A DNA stretch of 64,000 nucleotides from Eledone cirrhosa (GCA_964016885.1 OZ024743.1:30132001-30196000); one strand, 5' to 3'. Shown: positions 25,182 through 39,589, counted from the first letter of the stretch. Notes: generated from the sequence alone by a model not told the origin. Numbers and translations are program-made.

Positions 25182-26458
25182 AGTGACGAAACATAACTCA
25201 ATTGCATGAACACATAATCCTTTATTTACTGCTATATATATTTCGAGGATAGCCATTGAATGGCTATGACCTCATCAGGCAGTTAGTCAGTTCTTAGATA
25301 TGCCAGCTCTGTGTTTATAGTGTTGATGGTATCAGAGCCTTGGGACATATGAGCTTGTTAGGAATAATTTAATGTTGTCAGCAGGAATAGTCTTAATTCT
25401 CATTGGTCAGTTTGTAGATTCTACTAGGGTTGGTATTTGACCTCAAAGCGGCAGGTGGTGTTATAATGTTCAAACCGTCAGGCAAGCTGACAATAGTTCC
25501 ATATGACTGATTTTCACAAAAAGCATTCCTGGTCAGATATATATTGAATTAAGGTTAATAGTATGAAATACATACTCCAGGTCATTCTTAAATTGAGGTA
25601 TTTATGTGGAGTGGTGCTACTGAAAATTATGGTTAGAATAGAAAATTTACAAATAAAAATACTTATGTAGGTTGGCTTGCACCTACACTCACCCCCACCT
25701 CCACAGACACACAGACACATCCACACATACACATTGAGGAATTAATGTGGGGTGGTAATACTTAAAATAATGGTTAGAGTCAAATACATAGATAGTTTAG
25801 AAAATTTAAAAATAAAAGGCTTATGTTGGTTGACTTGTACATACACTCACACACCCCTCAGACACACACATATACACACACAAATCCATGCAGGTGTGTA
25901 TGTATATATATGTACGCACAAGTATATATATATATATATTTAGAAAAAAAATATATATATAAAACATATATATATATAAAATATATATATATATAAAATA
26001 CATATATACACAAAATATATATACACAGAATATACATACATATATATATATATAATACATATATATACATATATATATATAAAAATATATATATACATAT
26101 ATATATATAAAATATACACACATACACATATAAAGTACACATATATATATACATATAATATATATATATACATATGTATATAAAATCAGGTTCAATAAAA
26201 CCTGGTTTCGATTACGCCTAAACAGTAGAGGATCCGGTGGACCATCCACCAAAGGGGCCACAACATATGGGTGGTTGTTGTTGTCCATTGGTCATTGGTA
26301 CGGGGTGTAGGGGTCCTACAGGGGGGCGTTGTGCGAGGCCTTAACCGGGGTTTATCCATACAGCTTGAGAAAAGTTCCCGTCCTTAGGTGTCTGCAGGCA
26401 CCGAATAAGGCGGGCTTTTTGTTTAACTGCTTGGTTCCGCCATGAAGTATCTCGTGTG

Positions 26459-26461
<3 letters not shown>
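25182..26461 (-). mobile_element. PLE-5: 3' fragment (endonuclease C-terminus + 3' UTR + pLTR)
   Basis: 26352-26460 encodes THEILHGGTKQLNKKPALFGACRHLRTGTFLKLYG*, matching the C-termini of PLE-3/4; HHR and AATAAA near 25225. Confidence 0.7.
25228..25283 (-). ncRNA. Type-I HHR in the PLE-5 pLTR
   Basis: Revcomp actgc CTGATGA ggtc atagccat tca atggctat cctc GAAAT atat ATA gcagt, then AATAAA. Confidence 0.82.
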
Positions 26462-26491
<30 letters not shown>

Positions 26492-26494
<3 letters not shown>

Positions 26495-28647
26495 AAAAAG
26501 TATGACCCCGACGGCAGAGCTCAAGCCGTTTAGACTCACACCCATCACTGAGCAGGAAAGAAATATCATTCTCCACGCCAGGAAGACAGTCCTACTTTTC
26601 GATTACACCAAATAGATAAAGAGAGCTTCCGACCCCCCGACCCCCACCTCGACGTCAGTATGGGCGTGACGGATTCGGGCGAGGTCACAGATCTTATAGG
26701 ATTATTCCTACTATTTCAACTCACCGAAATGTTCCTGCATTCGGCGGTGGATTGTACCGGGATGATGGGCTCCTCACCCTCAAAGGGTACAGCCCCAGTA
26801 GTACAGACCAGGTCCGTAAAAAACTAATCAACTTCTTCCGGGACTGGGGATTTAAAGTCACACTAAGGACATCCCTAACCCGAGTCAATTTCCTGGACGT
26901 TACACTTAACCTCGAAAATGATCTGTACTACCCATACAGGAAACCAAACGACAACCTGCACTACATCCACCGCCGCTCTAACCATCCTAGAAACATCATC
27001 AATAACCTGGTTAAAAACATCTCCCTACGCATATCTCGTTTGTCCGCTAATGTGCAGATATTCGACGAACATGCGCCTCATTACAACCAGGACCTCAAGC
27101 GGAGTGGCTTCCGGGGGAAATATCCTTTTATCCAGCTTCCCTTAGTGGAACCAGCAGGCGACACCGCTGCTCACGCAAGGTAACTTGGTTCAAATCTCCC
27201 CATAATGCCGAGATGGAAACACATCGGGAAAATCTTCTTTAGACTCCTAGAAAAACACTTTCCACTACAACACCGCTACCACAACATAATCAACAAAAAC
27301 ACAATCAAACACTCCTACAACAGCACACACCGCTACGGAAGAAATAACCTAGACATCAGTGGAGGTGTAACTGCCCTGATAGATCTACGTGCCCCCTCAT
27401 CAACAAATGCCGAGAACGTAACGTGACTACTACTGCAACGTGAGGACGGACACCTCCAACAAAGCTTATATAGGATTAACCACGTGTGAGTTCAAGACCC
27501 GGCTCTACCAACACCGACATATACCCGGTCCGGCGACATGCCACTACACTTTCGGGCCACATCTGGGACCTCCAAAATAATAATATAACCTACAATCTCA
27601 CATGGAACTTACTGTCCAGAGCTAACTCTTACAAGGGAGAACGCCGTCCGTGTAACTTATGCTCGGAGGAAACATTACAAATGCTGTTTTCGAAGGACCA
27701 ACTCCTAAACCAGAAAGACGAACTGGTAACCGCATGCAAACACAGAGTGCGTAGGACTTACCTCGCCCTCAAACCCCTTAACGACCCGGGTAGGTAGACA
27801 AGGTTGTTACCCTCCCCCACTTGCCGAATAAGTTAGGGGAAACTCCAGCTTACATAGGTAGATGTAACTCTTTTCTTTACCTCTTTGTCTCATCCTATCA
27901 CTTTCTTCCACCCCCTATTTTCTTCCTCGTCTGATTTTCCCCTTTCACCTACCCCGATGCAGCCCATCGGGCCTCTGTAGCATCAGTTCCCCCACCCCTC
28001 TATTTTTAAGATAGAATTGGCCGAATACGTTTTACTAACTACTTATAGCAGTTGTGTTAAACCCCTTTAATTTTGTTACTACTCAATTTCTAGAAGTTTG
28101 TTCTATTCTCAACTTATTAACCTGTAATTGTAAGATAGCATTGTGATTTTTTTTATTCATTTCTCACTATCTAATTTTATATATTTTTTTTATTTCATTC
28201 TATTATCTTTTATTGTCTCCTATTCTCATTTGATTTACCTATTCTATAACCTCCCTCCTCCACTTCATACACTATCCTTAGAATCTGCTGTATACATATC
28301 ACTTTCAACGCTTGACCGCTCCACTCACTCCCCTATTGTTCTACAGGCAACGTCAGCAAACTCTACCTCCCACCAAATGCCATGATAGACTTATTTATGT
28401 TTGCAACAATTTTAACCAATCCTCTTGACAACTAAAATCTTCCCATATAAGGAAGTACCCCATTGACAAGTTCGGCTATTTATTCACCAGGCTAAGAATC
28501 CTAATTTAGTCCAGAAATAGCCGTCGAAACGGCTTGAGCTCTGCCGTCGGGGTCATACTTTTCCCATATTTCCCACTCTACTCACCTAAGTATTCAGTAA
28601 TCTGGTGCGGTATGGTCCATCTGGTTCCTTACCACAATTCCTTTGTT

Positions 28648-28648
<1 letters not shown>
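26492..28648 (+). mobile_element. PLE-4: 5'-truncated, frameshifted PLE (Hydra-clade-like) with a ~40-bp 5' inversion
   Basis: MGVTDSGEVTDLIG, LYRDDGL, FLDVTL, YRKPND, CNLCSEE, LLNQKDE..CKH to 27797; 26492-26531 = revcomp of ~28528-28565. Confidence 0.85.
28457..28553 (+). ncRNA. Variant HHR (UUGACAA core) in the PLE-4 pLTR
   Basis: acccc(a) TTGACAA gttcggctattt...aaatagccgtc GAA Acggc ttgagctct gccgT C ggggt. Confidence 0.6.
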
Positions 28649-28691
<43 letters not shown>

Positions 28692-28862
28692 GGAAAAGAT
28701 GAAACGAAATTTCATTTCTCTCTCTTAGTGCAGCTGTTACTTAAAGAGTTTATTATAATAAATATTCGGTAAATCCATACGTACATATATATATGTGTGC
28801 ATGTATCTATATACATACATACTACTATAACGTCTGTATACATATATGTATGTACGTATACA

Positions 28863-28919
<57 letters not shown>

Positions 28920-28928
<9 letters not shown>

Positions 28929-29728
28929 TAAAAAAATAATGAATAAAACAATGAAACAGTTCCTTATATTAAACAAAACAAGTTCATTATTTAACGATCG
29001 TTTCTGGGATATATATGTGTTAGAATTGGCATGTATATTTAACAGATCTATGTACAAAATTATACAAAATTATACAAACTATCAAAATTAAATATACATA
29101 CCAACTCATATATATGCCGTCTTCAGAAATAATGAAATATATTTATTGATAATAACAACAATTCAAAATTACAGGTCTGTTTGGGAACAGAGTTCAAATT
29201 GACCAATGGAAACACAAAAAGTTTATACAGTTAGGTGTGTGTATATATGTAAGTAACTTCGTTCACAGATATGCATAAAAATATATGTTCACATGCATAC
29301 GCATGCCGAAAAGATGTATGTAAATACAAAAATTCAGGGCTAATGTCTCTGTATGTTTATAATCTACAGATAAAATACATATACGCATATAAACATATAA
29401 ATATAAAAATAAATATATACACATTCATATACTCACACATATACATACATTCACACACACACGCGCATATACGCATAAACATACACACAACCACGAACAT
29501 ACATACACACACACACTCACACACACATATATGTGTATATACTATTATCATAAGCATATGGACATTAATGCGCGCACATAAACATTGCCACACATATTTA
29601 GATCCAGATACAGAAAGTAGGTGGGGGGGGGGAAGAGGTCAGTATTTACTGGTGTCAGCAAACTGCCTATTTATAAATGTATCTATAAATTTAGAAATAA
29701 AAAGAAAAAGAAAAAAGAAAAATATTAA

Positions 29729-29770
<42 letters not shown>

Positions 29771-29796
29771 AAGTAAAATATAAAATATACATCGAT

Positions 29797-29871
<75 letters not shown>

Positions 29872-30514
29872 CATATACATACACATATACATAAACACAT
29901 ACATACACATACATATACATACACACACCATATATATACACATACACATACACACACGCGCATACATATAGAGACACATACATATACACATATAAATACA
30001 TAGACATATACATATATACACACATATATATATATATATATATACACACATACATATATACATACATTCAAACAGACCTGTAATATATATATATATACAC
30101 ATACATATATACATACATCCAAACAGACCTGTAATTTTGAATTGTTGTTATTATCAATAAATATATTTCATTATTTCTGAAGACGGCATATATATGAGTT
30201 GGTATGTATATTTAATTTTGATAGTTTGTATAATTTTGTATAATTTTGTACATAGATCTGTTATATATACATGCCAATTCTAACACATATATATCCCAGA
30301 AACGATCGTTAAATAATGAACTTTTTTTGTTTAATATAAGGAACTGTTTCATTGTTTTATTCATTATTTTTTTAATATTTTATCTTGACTCTGTATTCCG
30401 TTTATCTTACACCGAAAGTGATTTTTCATTGCATCTCTTCTTTCCATGATATCCGGATTACATTGAGTTCTTCATACGGATTGGACACTACCGTAAACTC
30501 TTGGTAGATTTATC

Positions 30515-30517
<3 letters not shown>
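28920..30517 (+). mobile_element. Non-coding PLE-type element with ~264-bp inverted arms, microsatellite-rich interior and 3' tail
   Basis: 28920-29184 = revcomp of 30119-30383; tail to ~30517; flanked by (TA)n. Confidence 0.82.
30167..30320 (+). ncRNA. HHR with greatly extended stem II (inverted copy at 28983-29136)
   Basis: ttcattattt CTGAAGA [115 nt: cggcatatatatg-agttggtatgtata...tatacatgccaatt-catatatatccca] GAAAC gatc GTT aaataatgaa; 10-bp stem I. Confidence 0.75.
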
Positions 30518-30590
<73 letters not shown>

Positions 30591-30797
30591 ACTATATTAC
30601 AGAAAGAGAAGTGTGTTACACAGTGAGATGTGTGTAAATAATTAATACAAGTGAGTTTTACCGTTACTGCATAGAGAACAATATCTACAGGATTAGCAAT
30701 TAAATAGGAAAAAAACTAAGTCAGAATCAAATCTCTGAATTAGAGTTTTAAATTACCAACCTTATAACTATAAGTTTGCTGATACGAATCTTGTTCG

Positions 30798-30836
<39 letters not shown>

Positions 30837-30967
30837 GTGAAAAATATATTACAAAATGAAAAATAACCGAGGTGTCCTACACGAGTGAAAGTATAAAGAA
30901 ACAAAGATGAAATCGAAAATGCAACTGGAGTCTTATTAAAAAAAATATATATATATTTATTTGGTTC

Positions 30968-31003
30968 CTTTACCGGTTTCGCAGTTCTTCTGCTTTTCAA
31001 AAG
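30968..31003 (-). ncRNA. Variant minimal HHR (UUGAAAA/GAAA) in a solo pLTR fragment (~30830-31036)
   Basis: Revcomp ctt TTGAAAA gcag aagaa ctgc GAAAC cg GTA aag, with AATAAA a few nt downstream. Confidence 0.75.
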
Positions 31004-31033
31004 TAGAGTTGAGATGGAGGGTCTGTGGTTTTT

Positions 31034-31078
<45 letters not shown>

Positions 31079-31079
<1 letters not shown>

Positions 31080-31776
31080 ATAAAATGTGGAGAGGATGCA
31101 CACCAGTTAGGATATGAAAACAGTGAGAAAGAGAAGATTATGAGGAAGAAAATATATTTTTTTCCGTTTTTGTGTGTGTCTCTTTTTTTCTGGGTTAGAA
31201 AATGATTAAAACGAAATGTTTTACTTTATGTGAAGTGTTAAGGTATTACTTGATTTCTTTATTATTTAACAATGGCATTTATTTATCTATTTATCTATTT
31301 AATTATTGTCTCTGACCGGTTTCAGCATTTATATGCATTATAAATGATAGTGACATGTATTAGTGTGGTGTCGCATGTGTTAAACAGAAGGTGCAGAAAG
31401 AATAATGTTATTTATAAACAAGGTTTAAGAAGTGAAAAAAAAAAGAAAAAGGAAAAAAAAAACGTGTATAATGTGGAACTTAAAAAGTCAATGTGGAAGA
31501 AAAAATAATGTTATTTACAAGCACAGTCATAGAAGTTAAGCAGATCAAAATGTATTAATACAGCAAGAGTGCTTAGTTGAACCATGGTTCCGTGATGGAG
31601 GAAATAAATGCCATTGTTAAATAATAAATAAATCAACTAATACCCTAACACTTCACACAAAGTAAAACATTTCGTTTTAATCATTGTCTAACCCAGAAAA
31701 AAGAGAGAGAGAAACAAAAAAGGAAAACAATAAATTTTTCTTCCTCATAATCGTCTCTTTCTCACTGTTTTCATAT
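31079..31776. repeat. Inverted-repeat element (~173-bp imperfect arms) between TA tracts
   Basis: 31112-31284 approximately revcomp of 31602-31776. Confidence 0.75.
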
Positions 31777-31778
31777 AT

Positions 31779-32104
<326 letters not shown>

Positions 32105-32149
32105 ATAGCTGCAAACTCTGCTAAGAGTATTGCAATCGCTTGTCAGATT

Positions 32150-32520
32150 ACAGAAAGTGTGTCGTTTTAGGCTACGGCCAGCCATACGAACCTGTAACAG
32201 ATCCTGAACAAGCAGTGGCTGTGCTCTGAACGTTTTTAAGTGGGGAAAGACCTTGCACTCGATTAATCCCATTCTTTGAGCATCGAAAACACTACCCGAA
32301 AAGAAGATCAATGTTTTCCTCGATGATGGCGACTGCAAAATATATAAACCATGGGTCATCTTCCAAACTATCCCCCCCCCCCGCCTGATTTCAGCGGCCC
32401 ACTATTGGATGTGGATAAAACCTGACCGTCATCCCCTAATGTATCAACCATGTCATCATGAATGTCTTTCGGGCTTAAACTATTTTTCTGCAGCAAATTG
32501 GTAACACCACGAAGATTGTT
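32150..32520 (-). mobile_element. Degenerate, internally deleted mariner transposase fragment
   Basis: With frameshifts the minus strand reads RGV..LQKNSLSPKDIHDDMVDTLGDDG..LST...[14 protein letters not shown] (mariner N-terminal HTH), then VFPHLK. Confidence 0.6.
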
Positions 32521-33499
32521 GTCCGTTTTCAAGAGAAGTCCCTTCTAGTAACATTTGAAGTCTTTAAACAATGCGATATTTTCATGGAGGGAAACTATGC
32601 AAGTATTAATAAGAAGAGTTGAAATTAATGCGTGCAAGATGCCACAGGTCTAGCATCATTCTTTCGTATTTAGGCAATGAACTTTTCAATCATTCCTCAT
32701 ATATGCATGTGTGCATACATACCTCATATCCACATATAAACACATACTCATAATCATATATATGGAGATGTGTATGAATACATATAAACCGCCTTTATGT
32801 ATTATAGGAACATATGTGTTAGTTTATAAGCGTGTGATAGGGAGTTAGGGGAAAGAGGTAGTGTAGGAAACAGTAAAAGATGAACAAGGCAGTTGTTGGA
32901 TATAAAAGGCAGGGGTATATGTGTTTCTTTATTGCTGTAACCGTATGTTACATGCATTATATCTGATTTATCCTACGTACAAAAGCATCATAGTACGAAA
33001 TAACCACTATATTAAAAAAGAATAATCATTTACACATCACAAGAATAAAACGCCAAATATCGTATAATTAGATTAGATCAGGTTATAAAGGTACCCATGT
33101 AATGGTGGCGTTGACATGATCTACTTCTCTGAATGACTCCGGCAGAATAGATTAAGTGGCGTAATATAACTCAATAGAAACAGAATTAAACTCCATTATA
33201 GAGATTTACACAATTGTACGCAATCCGTGATGAATAAAAAGAATTAATACATAAAAACATGACCATACAAAATAACTATTATATGTGAACACAGATTCCT
33301 TCCGGGTTTATATATGCTGCTAAACATGATATTAAGAAAAAAAACCTCCCTACAATCATAATAATACGGAAGGGCACATCTGATATTGTACACTTAGATA
33401 TGCAATATTTCTTCCAACACATGATTTCATATCAAAAACCTTGCAAATATAGATATATATATACACTTACATATACATATTCTTAACGCCCCCCCCCCC

Positions 33500-33615
<116 letters not shown>

Positions 33616-33673
33616 CTGTGTGTGTGTGTGTGTGTATGTATATATGTCTGTGTGTGTATATATATATATTTAT

Positions 33674-34276
33674 GTCAGGTCTCCAGTTGGTGCTACTGGT
33701 AACATGTATTCCAGTACAACCTGTCTCATGGTCGGGTCGTTGGCGTCTAAACTGGCAACCCCACCAAGGTTTCTTGGTGAGGAGGGTGACTTTGGACATC
33801 CTGCAGGACTAAAAACACAACCTGTCAAAGTGCAAAGGAGCTCTTAAGAGTCAATGGCCATCCAAAATCATCGGGAGAGATGACCCCTTAGCCTTTGTCA
33901 AGGCAGAATTCTAGGAGAAGGAAAACTCTGATCTAACACCTGCAGCCCTGATGGTATCCAATGATGTTGACTTGTTCTTCTTTTTGGTAAATATCATCTT
34001 GGTTAAGAGAGTGGGACTGGCTTTGTGCAGTGCCTTTGCTCACTATAAAAGCTCCACGGCACAGGCATTGCTTTGTATCTGGAGATCTCTCTGCACTTGT
34101 CATCACATGGTACCTTGGGCCCAGCACTGCGTCAATAATTGTCACAAGTGTAGTGTTTGTACCAGAGTTTTCAAGTCGCTGGCTGGACTAAAAAGTCACA
34201 CCCGTTAAGCGCATCGGTAGGGTTTCTCCTACATGGATATAAAGTAGTGGCCGTACTCGAAAACGAGCTGGCAGCC

Positions 34277-34280
<4 letters not shown>
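33674..34280 (+). mobile_element. Short non-autonomous RTE derivative (5' UTR-like part fused to the 3' zinc-finger end)
   Basis: 33885-34075 resembles revcomp of 54435-54656; ends with CSVCTRVFKSLAGLKSHTR, like the RTE ORF end at 50811. Confidence 0.6.
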
Positions 34281-34328
<48 letters not shown>

Positions 34329-35040
34329 TATTTATATGTATATCTAATTTACTTTAGAAATTACATTCCGTTTAAGGTGATATTTTATCGAATTTTCTGT
34401 TACTTTTCCAGTGACAGAAGTATGTAGCAATACTCCTTTAATCAAAAATGGAATAATATGTATTGCAATCATTGTAGTGCCGTAAACATTCTAAATCCAT
34501 CCCCAGATAATTTATAACATTCCTACACTACCATCAAAACCTTATATTTCCAAATCCACATCCCCATCTCCTGTATTCACAGGATTATTTCTTTATTTAA
34601 TTCGTAAAAATGTATAACGTTTTTATTTTATTTTATCTTATATCATATATAAGATACCTTTTCAACTTTACTATTATTGACTCATTTAAATGCAGCGATT
34701 CTTATTCTAGATTGATTTGCTTTCTCTCGTAGGGTGCCCGCTAGTGATGCTCTGTTTTGTATTGAATTTAGGTTGGTTACCATGATAACATTTTAATTAG
34801 ATTTCATCCATTTCATTATTATGTCACATTCTCTTGAGTATTAATGATACATTTTGCTCAACCTCTAAATGTAGATTAGGTTAAATAAATAATCTTTCCA
34901 CTCTAGAACCTGCTCGACTGTGGCTTCTATTATCACCAGCACACGCTATAATTTATGCACACATGCATACATACGCACACAATCAATTATGTGTCTGCCC
35001 TTATACACGCACACATACACACACATACACACAGACACAC

Positions 35041-35090
<50 letters not shown>

Positions 35091-35230
35091 CAATGCATAC
35101 ACTAACTCACACACACACTCACTCACACACACACATATATATATATATAAAATATATAGATATGCATCTATGTATACATGCACATATATGTATATATATG
35201 TGTGTGTGTGCATATATATATATATATACG

Positions 35231-35291
<61 letters not shown>

Positions 35292-36259
35292 AGATTGCGC
35301 ACACATACACGTAATCATACACTGTCACATACCAAGTGCAGTCTATGCACGACTCGTCTCTGCATCTGTGAGACTGCGTGAGAGTGTTCATCCTCTAGCT
35401 GAATATCCATATTGAAGGGCAGTAATTATTCTATATTTCCTACCTAACAAATCAATCGCCAGGTAATATATAATGACTTTATAATAAACTGGTTGTCAAT
35501 GCATTGGCCCGTATATTTGCATAGTGGTGTCTGTAAAGAAAATTCTCTGAAATGTCTTGATTTTCTTCTATTCGACCGGACATTTATTATTACCGCAATA
35601 GCTGAAATGACTTTGTATAAACATCTTCCATTCATCTAGAATGCATTTAAAGAAGGACGATCCAGCGGTGTGATAACCTTCATGACATCGATCAGAATTT
35701 ACGGTAATATCAAAAGCAACTTTATTTAGATACAGAGCAGAATTTTAAGATAATACTAAATAATGCATTTGAAATCTGAATTATTCACTTGTGAACGGAT
35801 AAAAACTTGCCATAGAAATAATCAAGCACAGACAAAGCTGCATACACTAGTATCCATTTAAATACATACAAACACACAAGCCTCCATATGCACATATACA
35901 CATGCACACAGACATTTATATCATATTGTGACGTCGTCGTCGTCAGCCTTGCCATTATCTTTATATACCTCGCTATCCTGTTGTATAGAAGTTTGTCGCC
36001 GTCGTCATCCCCATGATTATCATCGACATCATCAACATCATCATAAGCACTCTGGTCTTGTATCACTATGTATTATTATGTCATCTCTCATAATTATTTC
36101 CCCTAACTGTGAAAAAATTACCTCCGCTCGCTTCAATCCGCTGAGTCTGATCTACCACTTGCTCTCACAAAATGCTTCAATCACACACTTTCTTTTGCTC
36201 TCTTGCTTTCTCAGTTTCTGTCTATCCATCTGTCTGCCAGTCTTTCTCACCTCTGTCTG

Positions 36260-36299
<40 letters not shown>

Positions 36300-36804
36300 C
36301 ACACTCTATCTATCACTCACTCTATTGTTATCTGCCTGTTCGTTCTCTATGTGTACCGCTTTTCTATGAACAAATCAGTATGGCAGGCTCCATTTAGAAC
36401 CCTTGGAATCATCTAAAATTTGTTAGCCTTCCCTATCAATTTGAATTCTTTTAACAAATATATATATTCTCAACATAACTATGATTATATATGAAAGTTT
36501 ATTCTTTCATTGTTTTTGTGTGTTTATATGCAACTTTCGAATAAAATTGTTACTGTTGTTTTCTTCATCGCAAATATCAATTGATCGCATTATACCAATT
36601 AAACACCCCTTAGTTCAATTGAAATATATGCAAACCAAATTTGCCAGGAAGAAAATGGTGGAGCCTAATTCCATAATTCCTATTGCTGATGTTCAAGGTA
36701 TCCACGTATTTTGATTTGTATTTCGGCACGTGGGTTTGCGTAAGAGATTAGTGGTTTCAGTTTGGCGACGAGTGACATATTTTTTTTCATAAAGTTGAGC
36801 CTGA

Positions 36805-36905
<101 letters not shown>

Positions 36906-37354
36906 GAGAGAGTGAGAGAGGGGGAGAGAGAGTGATAGGAGAGAGAAAGAGAAAAAGAGAGTGGTGTAGAATGGGAGGGAGAGGGAGAATGAGGGTGAGA
37001 GAGACATACATACAGAAACAGAGAAACACAGACAAAACAAATCTATGAACATTTTGTCATTTAGTTTGCAAAATTGGGAATGAGAAAATAATTTATTTAA
37101 TTCTACAGAGTATAAAAACAGCACAAAAAAAAAGGAATATATACATATATCACCATTGATTTTGATGGTTGCTTCATATAGGTGTCAGACCTTATTTTGG
37201 AGACCTATTTGCAGGCAACCCGCCAAAACATTGAGCCCTCTTTGGATCTTAGTCTTCAAATTAATTCTTTGCTTTAACTTTAATCTGTATTTTAATATAT
37301 AAATATATATATATATATATAACTATATATATATAACTATATATATATATATAT

Positions 37355-37368
37355 AAGAAGAAGAAGAA

Positions 37369-37431
<63 letters not shown>

Positions 37432-37516
37432 GAAGAAGAAGAAGGAGAAGAGGAAGAATAAGAAAAAGAATAAGAAGAGAAGAAGACGTATGCATATATA
37501 TATATATATGCATACA

Positions 37517-37548
<32 letters not shown>

Positions 37549-37600
37549 CTTCTTCTTCTTCTTCTTCTTCTTCTTCTTCTTCGCCTTCTTCTTCTGCTTG
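37355..37600. repeat. Opposed (GAA)n and (CTT)n trinucleotide tracts
   Basis: (gaa)n ~37355-37486 and (ctt)n ~37518-37595. Confidence 0.9.
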
Positions 37601-37830
37601 AGAGGATCGTGGGGATAAAGTCCTCAAACAATAGTTCCACCGGGTCCTGTCAGAAGCAACCGTCTCCAACTGATCCGACAAGAGCCCCAAGCGAGACCAG
37701 CCCAGCTCATGAATGCGTTCAAACCATCTTGCTCCAGGACTACTGCTGCCGATTGTTTTTGCCAGAGAAATCTGTCCAGCGATTCTTTCCTGAGACATTT
37801 TAACCGAATGCCCATATTACCGATGCTCTG
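37518..37830 (-). mobile_element. 3' end of an RTE/RTE-X-type LINE with a (GAA)n tail
   Basis: Minus-strand ..RWFERIHELGWSRLGL...VASDRTRW..CLRTLSPRSS runs directly into (GAA)n. Confidence 0.55.
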
Positions 37831-39396
37831 ATCTCTAAATTCGGAGGAGTGGTAGCTTTACTTATATTGATACTGTGATCTCCGAATTACGCAATCAACC
37901 GAGTAACGTTATTCCAAAGACCCTAGACAACACATCGCCCTGTATGTTTTCCGCTATTCTCCCTTCTTACCTTTTCTATACATCGGTGTCCATCTTTGTC
38001 TGCACGTTGGGCAACAACTCTTATTCTCTTCTATCTAACTATTTCCCTCCTTTCTATTTTTTCTCCTTTGGCCAGGGTGTGAATAAATATTAATCGTCTG
38101 GTAACACGGGATGATCCCACGGATGTGGCGGATTTCCCGAATGCGCACCGGGCACTCGGGCATTTTAGCCTTCCTTGAGTGCTGAGAAAAATAAATTTCC
38201 CCTTCTTTCGATAAACGAAATTAATCGGAACTGCTGCTTCGACCCGGGACCAGGCCGGGATGGGACTCGCCGCGCCGCCGGCGATGACCGCTTAATAGTA
38301 CCTTTATTTTCTAGGCTTAGTCATAATCTTTAGGTGTATCATGCCTCTTCCTAATAGCACCTAACTAAATACACACTCTCTGTGATATCATAGCAACCGC
38401 TTGGTATATACGATGGCCAGCTGGCGATGGAGGGTACTGCGCTGACACACCCGGCGCCTAAGGCAGTTACATTTCTGGAGTACTCGGAAAACAAATTTCC
38501 ATATTACTCGGAACAGCTGGCACGTGGGAGGGGTTGGCTGGCTCGTGGCCCGCAGTCGTCGCTGGTTATTGACCGCTAGCACGGGCATAATTTCACTCTA
38601 TATACTACCCTGACAATTTATCGTGTCTATATATATTACACTTAAACTTCTTCATAAAGGCCCCCTTATGTTAATTGTAACCTTCTCCCTATATCACTTA
38701 CACACACTCTCTCTTTCTTACTCTCTCTCTTTTTTCATTCTCCCATACTCTCTCTCTCTGTTTTACTCTCTCTCTCTCTTTCACTCTCTATCTCTCTTTC
38801 ATTCACACACATTCTCTCCCTTTTAAATCTCTATGCTGTCTGTGTGGATGATGTTTGTTGCTGAAAAAACATATTTTGCGGCAATTTCGAGCATGCCTGA
38901 CTAGCCTGATAGACGCGTGACCTCAGCGTTGACATCTCCGTCTGGCGGGATGGTAGTAGTACATTAAAGGATTGCGCCCCCATATCAGATGGTAATATGT
39001 AGACTTAATAATCAGCACTTGAGGGCGGGGGACGGAGCTACTAAATTGCCGGCCACCCTCCTGTCTCTGATTTAAACACCATGAAGTTTTATCTGTTATA
39101 TTCTTTCGTTATATTTTGAATTACCTTATGATGTCACCGGATTCATACAGGAACCCGGTTATTGAAATGATAATAGTATAATAAACCTTTCAAGGATTTA
39201 CACCAGTACATGTCTCCTGTTATTTCGTAATAATTAACTCTGTACTCGCACCACCAACTACACAAACGAAGACGGGTGAGCTGCATTATGTTGAGTACTT
39301 TCCATAATATTACATCGAAGTTTACCACAGGGAATGACCAGTTCTATCCAGTGGTGAACCAACAAACCCAAATAAATAAATATATATATATATATA

Positions 39397-39589
39397 TAAC
39401 GAAGGAAATGTGATAAGGAACAAGGTGGACCATAACGCACCAAAGTACTCAATACTTAGGGTAGTAGAGTGGGTAATAGGAACGAGTAGGACCCCGACGG
39501 CTGAGCTCAAGCCGTCTCGACGGCTAATTCTGGAGTCCAGAATTAGCCGTCGAAACGGCTTGAGCTCAGCCGTCGGGGTCCTACTCGTT

